DNA of 43,952 nt, taken from contig ML002311.1 in the NCBI GenBank assembly GCA_003614675.1, positions 1-43,952 of the forward strand. The letters are read 5' to 3'. A model generated the notes under the pieces. That model was not told the origin of the DNA. It saw nothing but the letters and a program-made list of their open reading frames with translations, and did no database searches. The DNA is from Dimargaris cristalligena (Eukaryota). The position numbers and the translations under genes were made by a program. Positions 22,825 through 36,600 of the stretch are shown piece after piece. Positions within the stretch are counted from its first letter, which is position 1, and each line of letters begins with the position of its first letter.

Positions 22825-24030
22825 GAATCAGGCTACTTCACCCGTCGGTCGTTTACATCCGTACTATTCCGCTCGCACCTCTGCGCCGCCGAGACCCTCT
22901 ACTTTCCAACCCACCTCGGGAATGCCAATCTTACGGCGATTTAGGGCCTCCCTCTAGTGTGCTGGAGGAAACAAGTATGCCGCTATTGTGATAGCTACGC
23001 ACTAGACCCGATAGTTACGACAGCCTCCGACTTATTTTATTCTTACTAGATAAACGAGTATATATACCCGAATAAAGGCGACGAAGTCGATCTTGCCATA
23101 TCTTTTGCATGTATTGTCCTCGTGATTAGATATACAGGTACTTGGTAGGATTAGGGTCGCGGGGAGTATTCCCACTCCATCTTCTATGTGGCTGGATCGA
23201 AGTTCGCCCATGGCATATCCCTGTCTGAAGACATCCTTGAATTACCCACTTTCCAAGTATTCAGACCTAATCAGCTCGTGAAATTCACCAAGACACTAGG
23301 TGTTATGCCAATCTATCCCCACTCCGTTTGAAGGTCGGATTTAATTTAATAATGTAGATTGGGTAGGAGGGCATTGGTCCAACATAGCTAATGAGCCATT
23401 GATATATATATATCGGAATGCAGCATTATTCGCAGCAATCTATCACTTGGATCCACTCGCCATAGAATACATTGTCTCCAAGGACGACAGTGCAGTATCT
23501 TTAAATGCCGCCACTGCGCTCCTGCACTGCCATTTCAGCTGACATTTGGGGCCCCAGCATTGTTATTCGATGAATATGTATAGCTCCATTCACCTATTTC
23601 CCGACCTAATGATCCTCACCCTCGGTTCACCCATTTCCCCTGCTTATTGCGCCTTAAAGGTATATATATATATATATATATATATTACATACTGTCGGAT
23701 ACCCAAACTAACCGGTTCGGTTAAAGACGGCACTGAAAAGGGGGCTGGTGTGGAAGTAATCTGATGCGATGCAGTTTATATATATATATATAATTTGGGG
23801 TGGGGGCTCCCCGAGACCGATCCTTCGAGCTTAGGTGTATGACGAATTTAGAGGGGGGTGAAATTAGGGACACCATAGAACACGGCCAAACTGGACAGAT
23901 GACCGAGTAGTATGGCAGGAGCTGCAGGAGATGAGTGATTAATTGACATTTTGGCATCACTCCTTCTCTCTTCTTTCTCCTCCCGCCTTCGCATTTGATA
24001 TCTCCACTGGTCCATACAGCGAACGAGCAA

Positions 24031-24039
24031 GCGCGCGCG

Positions 24040-24079
<40 letters not shown>

Positions 24080-24080
24080 C
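24031..24080. repeat. Compound alternating purine-pyrimidine microsatellite (GC)4GT(AT)10(GT)9GC
   Basis: 50 nt of uninterrupted R-Y alternation read directly from the sequence. Confidence 0.9.
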
Positions 24081-27000
24081 CAACGGGAGCATCCCCCCGA
24101 CTTCACCACCCTGGCCCTGGGCGGGTAATTGGAACTAGAGCAGAATCCAGGAGATATGGGAGGGAAAGGCGAGAGGGGTAATAGAAAACCAACGGCGTGG
24201 GACGCGTAAGGAGGGGCGGAGGGAGGGGGGAAGTCCCGGGAGATGGGCGCATGGCGGGCCAGGAGTGATCGAACTAGGCTTATCTATATAGTATTACTAG
24301 TGTTATATAGAGGAAAAGGAATAAGGGAGAGTCGGGGGCGGAGTGGGGTGGAGATGGTGGCCAATTTACGATTCCGAGGGGATAAATGGTGAATACATGA
24401 TGCGGATTAAAATGACCCGGGCTTTTTGCGATCCGCTGGCCTGAATTCATCTGGTAAAGCAACCCGGTGAATAGATGATTATTAACGAACGTATTTTTTT
24501 TAATAACGATGCGTCAGTGCAGGGGACTGGTGTGGCTACCTATTAAGTATCTCAGTTAATTTGGGCCAGAGCAAGAAGCTGACTCCGTAAAACAGCTATA
24601 ACAGTGACTTATTAGATTAACATCTGCACCAGTTTAACCATACTGCCCTCCTGGATGGGTTAAGACAACGAATGGTTTATCAAAATGCACCCAACGGATT
24701 ATAGAAAAAAAGGCATGCCCAGAAAATGGGTAAAAATATGCCCAGACTAACGGGGTGAGTTGGTTTCGCCGACCAAACGCAAATGGGCGGTAAATAGCAT
24801 CCAGAGTTCCCCGGCATGACGCGGAATGTGGCACTGGGGAGGATCATGTATTATGCTAGGCCTGTTTCATTTTGTCAAACAATCGGAAACTAGTCAGTTG
24901 TTGAGAGGCATAACAGGTTAGATTCTCGGAGGCATGCCATGGCGATGGATAGCAGTATATGGGTAGGGATTTGCCGATGGAGCCAAGGCAATGTTCCGGC
25001 CCTCCTGGCACTTCAACCAGTTAGGTGGCTTGTAAAGGAGGGGGTGTGGTGGTATAGTGCATGTGAGCATCAACCTGAATAATACTTGTATCAATTGACC
25101 CAAAGACAAGTATTCTCGCACGACAGTTCTAGGGAACTATTCCCGGTACAGAAGACGAGTGAACCCCCCGCCATGGCCAATTTGCGCCCCCTCTCGTATA
25201 ATGGTGACTTGGGTACTAGTAGGCAGGATGGGCTACCTCAATTATGGTGAATTAAAGTGCAGCGAAGGATGGAAGGAGGGAGAGAAGAGTGAGGGGTCGG
25301 GGACGGGGAATAACTATTCCCCAACTCTCTTTAACAGTGCCCAACTCGCTTGTGAGGTCGGGACCTGAAAGTGTACATAAAACCCTATATTCCAGGAGGG
25401 CGAGATTCGCGGGAAAAGTTGGTGTAATAAAAGGCTTTATTATTTTTACTTGAATCTCATAGTGACGATTCATACCCGAGTCGGTCGGCGTAGGTGCAGG
25501 GTTGGACACTGGGGAATTTAAATCTTATTTTAGCGACAAGGGTATGCATCAAAGAGTTTAAGGCGGGGAACCGGTTGTTACTGCGACTGAAGCGCTGACC
25601 AAGAAATGCGTGTACCCTTGCTAGGGCGGGCCAAACAATACTATAGGCAGAGTAGTCTTGATAAATATAGACCTACTGAGCCACCCCGGCTGTTTTTTGG
25701 TCATTCATTAAAAAGGGAGGAATGGCGGACCATTACTGGACTAAAAACGGCAAGGTCGGCTGCATTGGAGCGATTATTTCAATAAAATAAAATAAGCAAA
25801 GTCGGCTTTATGTGGCCAGACTGTACGGCCACGACTTAAATCGTTCGGCACAGTCCTAACCCGTTTATCGTGGAGGGAGAGTAGTAGTTTACCTACAGCA
25901 AAGGGAATGTATTATAATGGCTAAGCCTGGGAAGAAACCGAGCGGCTCCTATGGATTACCAACTTGGAAAGGACAAAAAAGTATTGTTGAGTAGATACCG
26001 TGGGCAAGTTGGTAAATAAGTCGCCGCCCAAACCCGAGGTAGCTAATAATAATAATAATAATAAAACAGTCCGTAATTTCCGGAAGACCGTATCTGCAAT
26101 GTATCTAACATTCAGACTATTGCAGCCGAATGTACGTGGAAGAGTCCGAATGGAGTAGAGGGGGGTGAAGGGGGGGCATCGTTGAAATTCGGCGACTTGG
26201 AGGTTCCGATTAAGGCTAGGGTGCGAACGCCCTCCCATCCCAATTTGTGTTTTCGGAAAATTGCCTTATATAATAACGGGCGGTTTTTTTCTCTAGTGGT
26301 ATCCGATTAAGACTCCGGTGACGGGTATTATTCAGGGGGGAGTGGCTATACTTTTACAATCTGACGAACTACAACACCCCCTTTACTCACCGATACAATC
26401 GCTACAATGTGAGGATTTCGCAGTATACTCTACAAGTCGAGTCATCCCATTCTAACAGGACCGGATGATAACCCATTTCTTCTCGCTCATGATCTGAAGC
26501 TGATTGTTGGTTTTATTGAATCAGATAACGATCTTAAAATATTTACGACTACGGGTGAATTGCATTATAAACTGGAACAAGGAAGAAGTGCCGCGCCGCC
26601 TTGCGCAAAGGTTGAACCGCTGTTCCGGGTCGATAGGAAGCTGCCAGGAAATAAAATATAAAAATTGAGGGTAAATTGAAGACTGCCATCTCATGTTTCA
26701 GAATCTGCACGACTCATGTTCCCCGATAAACAGGCCATACTTCCCCCTCTATTATCTTCGTTCGTTCTCCCACAGGGAGGCGGCCTATTTTAAATGATAG
26801 TAGACTCGGGAAAAAATACTAGATGGGAACCAGCGACGGGTAAATATCCTTTATAGAACGGAGGGAGGGAATGCACCGCGGATGAATTACCAAGTATGCC
26901 AACGCCGTGTTGCGTGCTTTCTGGACTCTCCTGAACTATGCGAATTTACCAATGAGTGGGCCACACTCCCCATTCCCGTGATTTCCCTCCGGCTGCCCTA

Positions 27001-30000
27001 TCTCTCTCTCTCTCTCTCTCCCCTCCCTTCCTCCCAATACATCCACCCACCCCCGCTCTGCGGTTCGCCGCCGCTTTTAACTGCATTAGAACCGGTTCCG
27101 GCGCCGTTTGAACATATATTCATATACCCACGCACACCCTATATCCATAGCCATATCCACCTGTCCTTGAACAGTCTCGTTCGGGGCCCAATGTCCCATA
27201 CCCAAAGGGCGACTTCGTTTTGAGTGGCTCCCGAATGGAAAGGTATGGGTTCAAATTCATGGCCCAGTCGAAAAATATTAATAATAATAAAAATTAAAAA
27301 CATGGCTTGGGATGGAAAGGCGATTAGACGCGTAGGGGAAGTAGAGTATGAACCCATACCCAATACTAAGGGGGGGGTGGATACACCCCACTCTAGAGGA
27401 CAGTGGGTGGACCACCCAAGGCTAGGCAGCGGCGACTGATCCGGAGGCTTAATCGGGGTGAAATGAATCAAAATACACCTCCGATAAGGATCGCGAAATA
27501 TACCCAATTTGAGACTCACCACCAAATCCATCCTGTAGAGTAGGGCTGGACAGTGAGTGGGTCGGAAGGAGAATCTAGCCAATATGGGCCGGCTCGATAT
27601 ATCGATATATAAAAACCCGCATTTCGGAATTGCAGTAACCGGTGTGATGTGGTTTTAGCGGCGTAATGGGCAGGTGGTTAGGTCTTTTACTTCCACCCGC
27701 ACCGTCTGTTTCCTATTTTTACTAGAGTTTTTTTTGGAATATACACGGACACGGTGCAGTATCTTTATCCTTTTTTGGAAAAATCTCGGAATCCCGGGAG
27801 TGTATTATATGTTTCGCCACAATGGAAGTGCCTAGATGTACTAGAGCACCGGCAGCTAAATTTACGGGGCATTCGGATACATCATTGGATAGCTTAGGAC
27901 ATGGTATACTACTTACCCTCCCCCTTCACTCTCTCGCTACATGGAAGGGGCCGGCCGGGCAATGCAGCCCATATACAAAGAGCAATGTTAATGCAGTCCA
28001 TAGGCCACCCTTTATTATTATACAAAACGCGGGCAGCGGTTGAGCATATCGTTTCCAGACCATCGCCACCGTTGCTAACCTCACAACCCGTTAGCTAACA
28101 CTGAAGTAACACAAAAAAACGAGAGAGAAAATGGCAAGAGCTGGTGGCCATTGTATTGGACCACCGGGCCACAGATATACCATGCATGACCCGCTTCGAT
28201 ACAGAGCATTCGACAGTGAAGGAAGGTCGCCTTCCCATCGCCCTCTGTGCCTATTCCCCAGCTAGCCAGTCGGTTTGTTGGCCATGGGCATGGGCCCCTC
28301 CCCCCACTTTGAATTATTATATTTTTTTGAAAAGGCCATAATTCGGGGTACATTGATGACTACCACGGCCCTCTTAATTATGAATATGAGTGTACTAAGG
28401 CAGAAATCAGACTGTAGAATATATATATATATATGTCTACCGATATTTACGATGGCCAATAGGCTGTATGGCCGATGAATTGAACGTTCCAATGGAGGCG
28501 CGTGGGACCACGGCCATTCAGTTTACCATGACCTTTCCCAGAGATATCATGAGCCGAGGAGCGGTATATAAAATATATCGACTGTCGCATGGCTTCCAGG
28601 ATACACTCCTTCTCGATACCCTAGCGGCAATATTACTGATTGAGTTGCTCATACGTTCTCCTGAACTTTAGCCAGGCAGCGCAGCAATCTGAACCTTAGA
28701 TGGGGAGAGCAGATCGAGAGGGGAGGGAGAGGAAGGGTAGGTAGGGAGTAGGGGGGATACAATACCCTAAGCATCCGAAAACTTACTTGGGGAACTCGAT
28801 GGAGAGTGTCCACTACTAGAGGGGGGCACCATGTCACAAGCCCATTCCCCTGGTGCCGACTGGTTGGCAGTATGAAACCAACCCGAGGAAATCCAGGGTT
28901 CGGGGGGTTTGCTTTAGAAGGATAGTTGGTAGTGAAGAGTGGGGAGGGGGGAGGGGGGTATTACCAAGGGAGAAGAGGGGGCTTAATGACAGGGGATAAA
29001 CATGGTAACAGGAAAACTAGGGGAAAAGAGGCTTCACTCTTGAAATTATAATAATAGGAGTTTGAGCCCCACCCGGATGCAAGGTGAGCCAAAAGACGGA
29101 ATGAGGCGGCGTTCCTTTGAACCACCACCACTGAGGGCTCGTTTTGAATCGATGCGGAGGCGTGGGTGGAGGGGTCGTTGTATGATCAGCCTGACAACCA
29201 ACCGATGATAGAGTTGATGAAGCTCGTTCCATTAACGTTGGGCGTGAATACATACAAGGGTCCGGTAAAACGGACATAGAACTCCGCCACGTCGCTATAG
29301 GATTGTCTTGGACCAGAATTGACCCTCTTGCCCGAATAGTCCGGAAGGGGACACCCTGCCATTAGATCTGGGCAGTCAAGAATATCGACGATGTCGTTGG
29401 AGAGGCGGACCATTGCCGGTAGAACAGGCTGGGAAGATAGGTTTTAACAACCATTGCGTACTAGTAATAGTGTGTGTGTGAGAGAGAGAGAGAGAGAGGG
29501 GGGGGGGGCAGGATATAAGCAGGTGGTTCGAGGTCGTCGGATGATACTTGCCCCTGTACTTGAAATCCGTGACTCGTTTTCGAACGGAGAGATTATCTCA
29601 CCCACTCTTTGTCGATGCTTAAATCCAGTTTACCGTAGCGCAATAGCAGTAACACAGTGGGTAAATAATGGTAGATTTTCACGAATTGTTTCAACTTTCT
29701 ATGAGAGAGTGGCGCTGGCCGGGAGTGTTCAGTGAGCTGGGCGAAGTGGTACGACAGTAGGGTTTTTCATTGTTATTATTTAATATTGGGAAGGACAGAT
29801 AGAGAGAGGGAGTAGATACTTTGGCCATTCGATGAGTGGCTGGAGTCGGGCCATAGCGCAGCAACAGCAAACCGGGCAGTAGCGCTCCACCACTTGGCCC
29901 CGGCAGCCTTAGAGTGCTGGGGATTCCGGGCCAAACAACCCAAGTCAGCGGGAGAAGGTGGGGACTACGCATGGCCACGGTGGACGTCTTTTCACTAATT

Positions 30001-32264
30001 AGGGATGCTTAGAACGCCCAGTGGCCCAGGCCATGAGTGCTCGCCGCATCTAGTGGTAAGAACCCCTTTGTTGGGAACATCCCTGGTATACTTTAGTCAT
30101 ACCGAATCATATATATATATATGTACAATTATATGTAGCACACCGACACCGGTGTTGTGTATAGGACTGGGGTGAATACTGTGTCCGTTGGAATTTAATG
30201 GGGGACGGGGACGGCAGGTCGTCATTAGCCTGTTCTATCCAGAATGGTGTGCCCATTCCAATAAGTATCACAAGCCCCACCTACCTATCTATACACCCAT
30301 GGCCCCGATTTTTTCTATTTAGATTTTTTAAATATAAAAACTGGGGCCTAAGGAGGCATGGGCCGGATCAAATAAGAATGAGTAGAATAGTTTCTCCAAA
30401 ACGCACGGAGCTGCAACCCGCGGCAGACCATCATACAGGGCCGCCACTGAACCGCCCAGTCTAGGCGACCCATCCGGATCCCCTCTCCCAGCGACTGTGG
30501 TCCTTTTTTCTTCCCTTTTCATTGTCCATGGTTTCCCCTCTCTATTTCTCATTACCAGTACCATTCCCGTTTGCCTTCTCTACCGACGCGTGGTAAGCCG
30601 CCACCACCACCAACAGCCGCTGACCGGGTTCCCGTTTAAGGGATCTCAACAAAAGTTGTTTATACACCCGGCCATCGGGGCGGGTTATGCGCGCGGGGCG
30701 ATGGCCGGAACTAGTTGTGACGTCTCGGACTTACCGACTCCAGCCGGAGGATTCCTTTGAAAGGAAGGGTGGGCAGTTGCTGCCTCGACTAATTGGGAAG
30801 GGAGGGAAAGGACTATCCCTCCCCCTGGATGGGTGGTTATTGGGACGCACCATGAACTATAATGTGGTACACCCCCACATGCGTGTGCACGAATATCAAA
30901 AAATAAAATTATATATATAAATATATATATGCAACTCTTTCAGATCTTTGACAGTGGGCGGGGTCCTGCGACCCGAATGCGGCCCAGTAGTACAAGCTGA
31001 GAGTTCTTTTGATATGAACAATTCCACACACCAACCCAAGTACCATCTCATAATATAGGCGATTGCAGCAGAAAAAGAAGAGCCGAGGGGAGGCGGCTAG
31101 CTGTAGTGAGAGTGAAAAAGCCTCCAAAAGTACGACCCAGCGGTCTGTCCCACTAGCCCCCAGTCCAAAGGGTGCGATTGGTAATTTAATGTAATGAATG
31201 ACACTCGGCATTTCCCCTAAACCGGGGGCCTCGTCATTACGACAGGCACATGGGGCCCTGTTTCTGACAATACATTAATTGTATGAATGTCATTTCAGGA
31301 CTGAGTCGAGAGAACGGTCCAAGGGAATGTATACCTTGGCCTGGGTCAGTCCAAGGAAAGGGAATGTGATAGGGAAAGGGATAGTGGAGCTTCCCCCATT
31401 TGTACGATACTGCTATGTAGTTTATCCTTTATTTCCCCCGTTGCCCTTTTGCTCCACCCTGGCATGGGAGATATGGAGAGAATGGCAAACTAACCCGCGA
31501 TACAGTGGGCGAGTAGACGAATAGACGCGGGAGGTGGTGGTGGTGGACGGCGATCGTCTCAAAACAGCCAGCCGCACCAGTGGGGGTGGGGGGACCTACT
31601 GCACCTACTGATGCTGGGAGCAGAGGAAGGGGGGATACATACATACATAGCCCAACCGGGCTCTTTTTCCCCCTCTCAGTCCCTCCCCTTCCCTTGGTCC
31701 AGAAAAGGCAACCCAACATTCAACTCATCTAGCCATGGGCAGCGGACCAGAAAGGCGGAGGGCGATGGTGGTAGTGGTGTTAGCGATCCTTCTTAGCGGC
31801 TACAGAGATATAAAAGCCCGGACGACCCCCCGCTGACCTTGACTCCTTATCAACCCACCACCACGCCCTCCCCTTTTGGCAACCCGTACACATTGCTCGT
31901 TCCTAAAATCTATCCGATCGTCCTCTTTATTCACCTTTTCCTCATTGATTATAATCCGGTTGATATTCTCAACGCCCCGTTTTACACGTAACACACCCTC
32001 GAACTAAATCAACCAAACCTCAGCCGAACGTAGCGAATTACCCAATCTCTCTCTCTTGCATTATCTCATTATTTATCTCGTGCTCCGCCCCTGGCCTCGA
32101 TTAGTTCCTAGAGAGGTGATTGCTACCCTGAATCACATATAGCCCCTGAGTCCTTTTGCCTTGAAATACATCTGGTTCTATTTTCCTCTTCGCGCCGTCC
32201 CCTTTTCCTTTAAGCACTCTGCTGATTGTGCCCCTTGGCTAATTTCGACATCATCATTATCATC

Positions 32265-33633
32265 ATGAACCCCTTCCGCTCTCAGCTCATCAATCACTTA
32301 AATCCCTGTGCTATGGATGCTCTGCCCCGCGATCAGCGTGCCCCTGGTATGACCACACATGGTAGGTGTTATGGACTCTTTAACTCTCTCCTAATCAGCC
32401 CTGCCCTATTAATACCCTCCTGATCGCTGCACACACGGCCATGGTTCAGACGGTCCGGATGTTTTAACCGTCCCATCCCCCGTTTAAACCGCACCCCGCT
32501 AGACTTTTATTATCTTTGTAGGTCACGGTCTCTAATCTCCCCCATCTCATTTTATCCCTCCTTATCCCTATGTTTCCTGGTGCTGCTTATCCCTGTATCC
32601 ATTAGACCGCCTTCGTGGGACCAAGGCCTCCCTTCTCCAGCACGCCCGGCAGCGCAGCCAGATTCGTCGTCTTCGCCCTCTCCACGGCCGGCGGAAATCC
32701 ATCCACTCAGCAGCTAAAATGCCTCATTTAGCGGAGTACCACCCTCGTATGGCTACGGCTAACACCACTCCCCCAACTGGTCGTTTACCTTCCCAAAGCA
32801 CCCTGGTGTGCACTCCCGTCGGGAATGACCGGGCCCTGTCCACCAAGTGGACCTCCCAGGTGGGGGGACCAGCCGTCGTCCATCATAATCACCCTTTTTA
32901 CCACCATGGTCTCCCCGTGACGGAATTCCCTCCTATCCTGTCCGGAGTCCCTACCGAGCCGTCCTCGTTCAACGATGAGTATGAATTCGATAGTGACTAT
33001 CTCCTTTCCCATTATTCCCCCCAGCACAATCACTGGCCGCCGCCTCCGACCAGTTACGACCTGATCCCCGACGATGGGAAAGACGATACCGATGATGATG
33101 AGGATGAAGAGGAGGACGCCGATGATGCGGATTTCTTTCAGCGGTTACCCATCGATCCTATCCCCATTGACATCCAAAACCGGACTTGCTCCCTGTTGCA
33201 TTTGGCGTTACAGGACGGAGGTTCGGATGCCCACAAACTGGGGGGAAACACAAATGATGAAGAATTGGATGAAATGGACGCCTTCCATACTCCCCGCAAT
33301 AACCTAGCCCTGTCGTATTATTTCCGTGCGGGTACCTACAACCCCGATTTGGCCCCGCAACACCGGGTATGCCACCCAACGACTACCGTCTCCACCACCA
33401 CCACCACCACGTCCTCCTCCTCCTCCTCCTCCTCCCCCCCTTCTACCCACTCGTCCAGCTCCACCACCACCACTACATCCATGTTTGACGCCGCCCTCCA
33501 AGAAGAAATCGATCGCGCCAATTATTACTCCCATCGGAGTACCGTCTTGCGCTTGTTTGGGTTCAACCCCGACTTTCCCTACGAATCTATTCACCAATCT
33601 TTAAACGCTGATTTTATTCGTACGATGCTTTAA
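32265..33633 (+). CDS. Hypothetical low-complexity protein, ~374 aa, exons 32265-32361 and 32606-33633
   Basis: The 304-aa ORF extends upstream in frame to a CCATTAG acceptor at 32605. A phase-compatible GTAGGT donor lies at 32362. The protein has an acidic tract (DDTDDDEDEEEDADD) and a poly-T/S tract. A TATAAAAG near 31809 is followed by a pyrimidine-rich leader. Confidence 0.7.
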
Positions 33634-36600
33634 ACTGCAACAGCTTTTTGATATTTAAATTTTGTCCCCATTACGCTTTCCCAAACACATACATATACTA
33701 TTTATCCGTCCTCGGATCTTTATTCCCCCTCCGCCACCCTTAATGCTATATCTTTAGCCTTCGCGTGCGACATGCTAATTGCCTCTGTACACAACCCACT
33801 CCCTCACCACTACTCCAATTCAGTGACATCCGATTGCTCTAATGACCCACTCAGCTATGCTTTATACCGTCTCATGATTCGGTACTGTTTACCAACCTGA
33901 CAGTCTAATTTTCTATAATCTATTTTTTTGGTGCTACGATAGCCCACTTTTCAATCTCCTCTATTTTTAAACCAAATCCTCCCCCCTCCCCACACACACA
34001 CACACACACTTCCACCACACTGTACAAATATATGAAAACCCCCCTTGTTCTCTTAAATTCTAATATTGCCCAGATAGTACTCCACATTTAGTTTTGGTTG
34101 AAAATAGGCAGTGCAAACCCCCACTGTCTATGGTGACGGTGTAATTCTCGGACACTTGCTCACCCGTGCATGGTCGAAATTGCCCAGCGTGTGGTAAACC
34201 GGAGTCGGAGTTTTTTTTTAAAAATTTCGAGGTACATTCTGACCATGGATTAGTCAACAATTAAACGCTTGGGCGGGGATGAATATACTGGGAGAATATA
34301 GTGTGGTTTTACTTGGCCGGCTGACCAGCCCAGCGGCCCCGCCAGTGGTTGGCTAATGTAAAACTCCGGCTCAATAAGCATGGCGTTCAATGAAGGAATG
34401 AATGAATTCAGTGGTGGTGGTACATTACCTAAGCCTTTCCCTCCTCCACCAGAGAATGGCCCCAATGGCCGAATAGCGAGAAATACCCATGATTGTCTGA
34501 TAATTGCACTCACTTCGGCTGGGAAATAACAATCGACGCCAATAAGTGTGTATCTTGTGACTTTTGATAAGAAAACCCACCATATTTGATTGTGTAGACC
34601 AATCGCACGGCACCCTTGTTCGGCTCGGCTCTATTTAGGGCGTATCATGCTAATTCTTCAACCATATGGGTGAACTTCAACCCAACTGTATAAGATTTTA
34701 CACAATATGTGTATGGGATAATATGTGTGAGAATAACTTTTGACCAGTAATATTTACCTCATCAAATGGGTTATTCGTTATACAGCCTGGATGAACTTCT
34801 GCCATATATTTTCTTAATAGGCAGTCGAGGGCGACTGTAGTTAATAATGCGGAGGGTTGTCGGCATTGACCATTATTGTTACGGCTTGTCACCAATTAAC
34901 TGGCTGACTCACACTATGGATAATAGTACCGCCTGTTAAATTGAGAGCGTCCACGACTAAGCAATAAGTTTGGTATGCGTCTTAGAGAGTGTATGTTATT
35001 TCACAGTATACAGTACACCAGGCGCCGCTAGATTGGCTTTTTTTAATCGAGTCAAACGTTGCATTTGGTACATTGCTATGGTGGGGTGCAACATAGCAAT
35101 AAAGTAGAATTTGCTTAAATAGCTGTACAGCAAGGTTCTCTTCATCCGAAAATTCACCCGCTTATCATACCCAGTTTTCACCCATTACTTTATTCAGCGA
35201 AAAGGCCCACGTGCCCTCGCCTAGTGGTTGCTAACGAAGCCCAATTCCTTATGGGACCGTCCAATGGTTTACATGTCATGGAGGATCCCGTTTAGCCTTA
35301 GACAACTAGCTTTAGCCCGTACCAGGGCTTGGTATCCGGAGTTGGAAGGATTGTCCGACTATATCTATATATACTTACTTATTCTAATACATTTTCCTGC
35401 TCCCACTGCCACCCTTATTCTCATCTATTAAATAGTGATAATTCTTTGGGAAATCGACCCGGGCTATACCATTTACAGGCCTGTTGTTTGACTGCTGCGA
35501 ATTCTTGCCCCCCCCCTGTTCGGCGTGCCATTCAGGATATCCGGCCATCCCCAGGGGGAATTGGTATCTTAATCGGTAAAATCAGTTAATAATGAAGTAA
35601 TATGGAACCCATTACCCGTGACTTCAGACAATCACAATCCCATAATCAATTAGAGAGACCTTACAGTCCAATCGAAGCCATGGCGGGCTCCCGCCTGTTT
35701 AGTTCATTTACTATCGGCTGAGTAGCTGAGAAGATCAGCACTCTGTGTAACCTTATTGAACAATGAAGGACATTATCTTCAACTACTACGCTCTGTCGAA
35801 AGGGGGAGAGCGTTGCAGAGGCAATAAGCACCCATTGTACTTAATGGGCCAACTTCCATTCTACTAAAATAGGAAAAATACCACTAATATTTATTTTAAG
35901 TTTTCCTAGTATCAATAAAAACTTCTGCACTACCAATTCGTAATATTTAAAGAATACGTATCCAGACCCGTTGCCAATTACTTTGCCCTATTTACCGACA
36001 CCCCGCTCTATCTTGCCGAGTGTATAATACTGGCTCCTTGGACACGCGTAATTTACCAATGTACTATTTAATAATCACTCTAATACCAGAAACCACATTA
36101 TAGGTTTCTCCGCAAAAGAGTGAGCAGCCGACTGAGGTGATCCCTTACTGAAAATGGGGCTACACGTTCTCAGTAATGCACTCTCCCGATTTACGATTTT
36201 CCTAATATACTGATGGCGGGGTATATCATTGTTAAAGTGATTCGCCTGCCTTTTCCCATATGTCTTTACTGTCTTTAAAATTACACTTCCCACCAACTAT
36301 AGCCGGGTTGGCTGAAATGTAAAGCGTTTTGGATCCGCCTAAATATTAGGTAATTCAAGTGCATGTGATATACTAAGTCATGTTAGCTCTATCGTCCAAA
36401 CAGTGATTTTATTTAGTTTTCACTTTGAAGGCTAGTGGGTTTTTAGTTAAATTGAGGTGGACTGATAATAAATTTGACGCGTTCTAATGACCGTGCTACT
36501 GACCAATCGTATACTTCATAAATATCTATTGTATTCCTCTATCTCCAATTTTTAATAAATGGTACTAGTGCTGTCGTTACTCCACCTACCATTGGTTCAT

